A program made the translations under genes and the position numbers. Source: Eledone cirrhosa (taxonomy: Eukaryota). From it: a stretch of 64,000 nucleotides of DNA. The DNA is taken from NCBI GenBank assembly GCA_964016885.1, contig OZ024740.1:91326001-91390000 (forward strand), in the 5' to 3' direction. Below are positions 61,120 through 64,000 of the stretch, in pieces. Each line of letters starts with the position of its first letter. Positions within the stretch are counted from its first letter, which is position 1. Under the pieces are notes generated by a model that saw only the letters and a list, made by a program, of their open reading frames with translations, made no database searches and had not been told where the DNA came from.

Positions 61120-61490
61120 GTAGGAGGTGAGTTTTATTGTAGTACAATAAAGCAATGCAGATATCGGATAAGAAGCACTCTACAGTTTGTAGGACTCGAG
61201 TATACATAATATATAAGATCAAAAGATGGGTAAATGAGTTCCATGTATTTTATTATGCGCATTTCAAAAACAAATATCATCATGCAATAACATTTGTATT
61301 TTCATCAGATGAAATAGGAGGACATGATATGTTGATTTAAAACTGCATTATCCACAAGTGTTTTTTAACCTTCATATCATCTCCTCATATTTTATATGAT
61401 GACAACACAAATGTTATTGCATGATGATATTTGTTTTTGAAATGCGCATAATAAAATACATGGAACTCATTTAACCATCTTTTGATCTGA
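61120..61490. mobile_element. Head-to-head pseudo-LTR pair, same family as 903-2203
   Basis: 61217-61331 inverted with 61372-61488. Confidence 0.85.
61246..61316 (-). ncRNA. Type I HHR (intact core; the plus copy at 61388-61458 has ATGATGA)
   Basis: TATTTCAT-CTGATGA-AAATACAAATG...TATTTGTTTTT-GAAA-TGCGCA-TA-ATAAAATA. Confidence 0.8.
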
Positions 61491-61531
61491 TATATATATA
61501 TATGTATATATATATATGTATATGTATATAT

Positions 61532-61563
<32 letters not shown>

Positions 61564-61586
61564 GTATATGTATATACATATATATG

Positions 61587-63680
<2,094 letters not shown>

Positions 63681-63689
63681 TAAGCGGCT

Positions 63690-64000
63690 CGACAAAAGTT
63701 GGCCTCGATGTTGAGTTTGAGTCCGTGTGGGTGACCGCTATCAACAGCGCCACAGATAATAACAGCGCCGACATAACCCACCCAAAGTTCCCCACTTACC
63801 ACCCCGACAACCCACTCCACCCCCACCTACCAACCACGAACTCGAAACTAAACTCATCAGACTAAAACACTCCAACTCGGATATACTTCACAAACACACA
63901 CACGCACAACACATAACCTCACCAAATCTCAACTCACCGCTCTCTCCAACCTAAAATCGAAGAACCTCATCTATCTCCCCTCCGACAAGGGAAAAGAATT
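63690..64000 (+). pseudogene. N-terminal part of another PLE RT ORF, running off the window
   Basis: HNLTKSQLTALSNLKSKNLIYLPSDKGKE (PLE NLT...DKG motif). Confidence 0.75.

Overview
AT-rich eukaryotic genomic DNA, probably a cephalopod (octopus-like SINEs and extreme (TA)n content; this is an inference). I see no intact host protein-coding gene. The long IY/CV/TH-rich ORFs in the track are microsatellite artefacts. The window is a graveyard of Penelope-like retroelements (PLEs): three near-full-length decayed copies (15.9-19.3 kb minus, 36.3-40.1 kb plus, 54.1-57.3 kb minus; the last two look Naiad-like) and about ten 5'-truncated GIY-YIG or RT fragments. It also holds a deleted Helitron, seven tRNA-derived SINE copies (four with clear TSDs), a probable LTR with a duplicated tRNA-Trp primer-binding site, and many (TA)n tracts that abut the elements. 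Reading by eye gives about 30 type I hammerhead ribozyme (HHR) motifs, roughly half with intact cores, from many unrelated families. Some carry U3-A8 or U4C core variants, and some have very long stem II inserts. Two non-coding tandem arrays with one HHR per unit (591 bp and 439 bp) resemble retrozymes. More than a dozen fold-back palindromes occur, and those whose orientation can be read have element 3' ends pointing outward. All coordinates, translations and folds were done by hand, so element boundaries are approximate.
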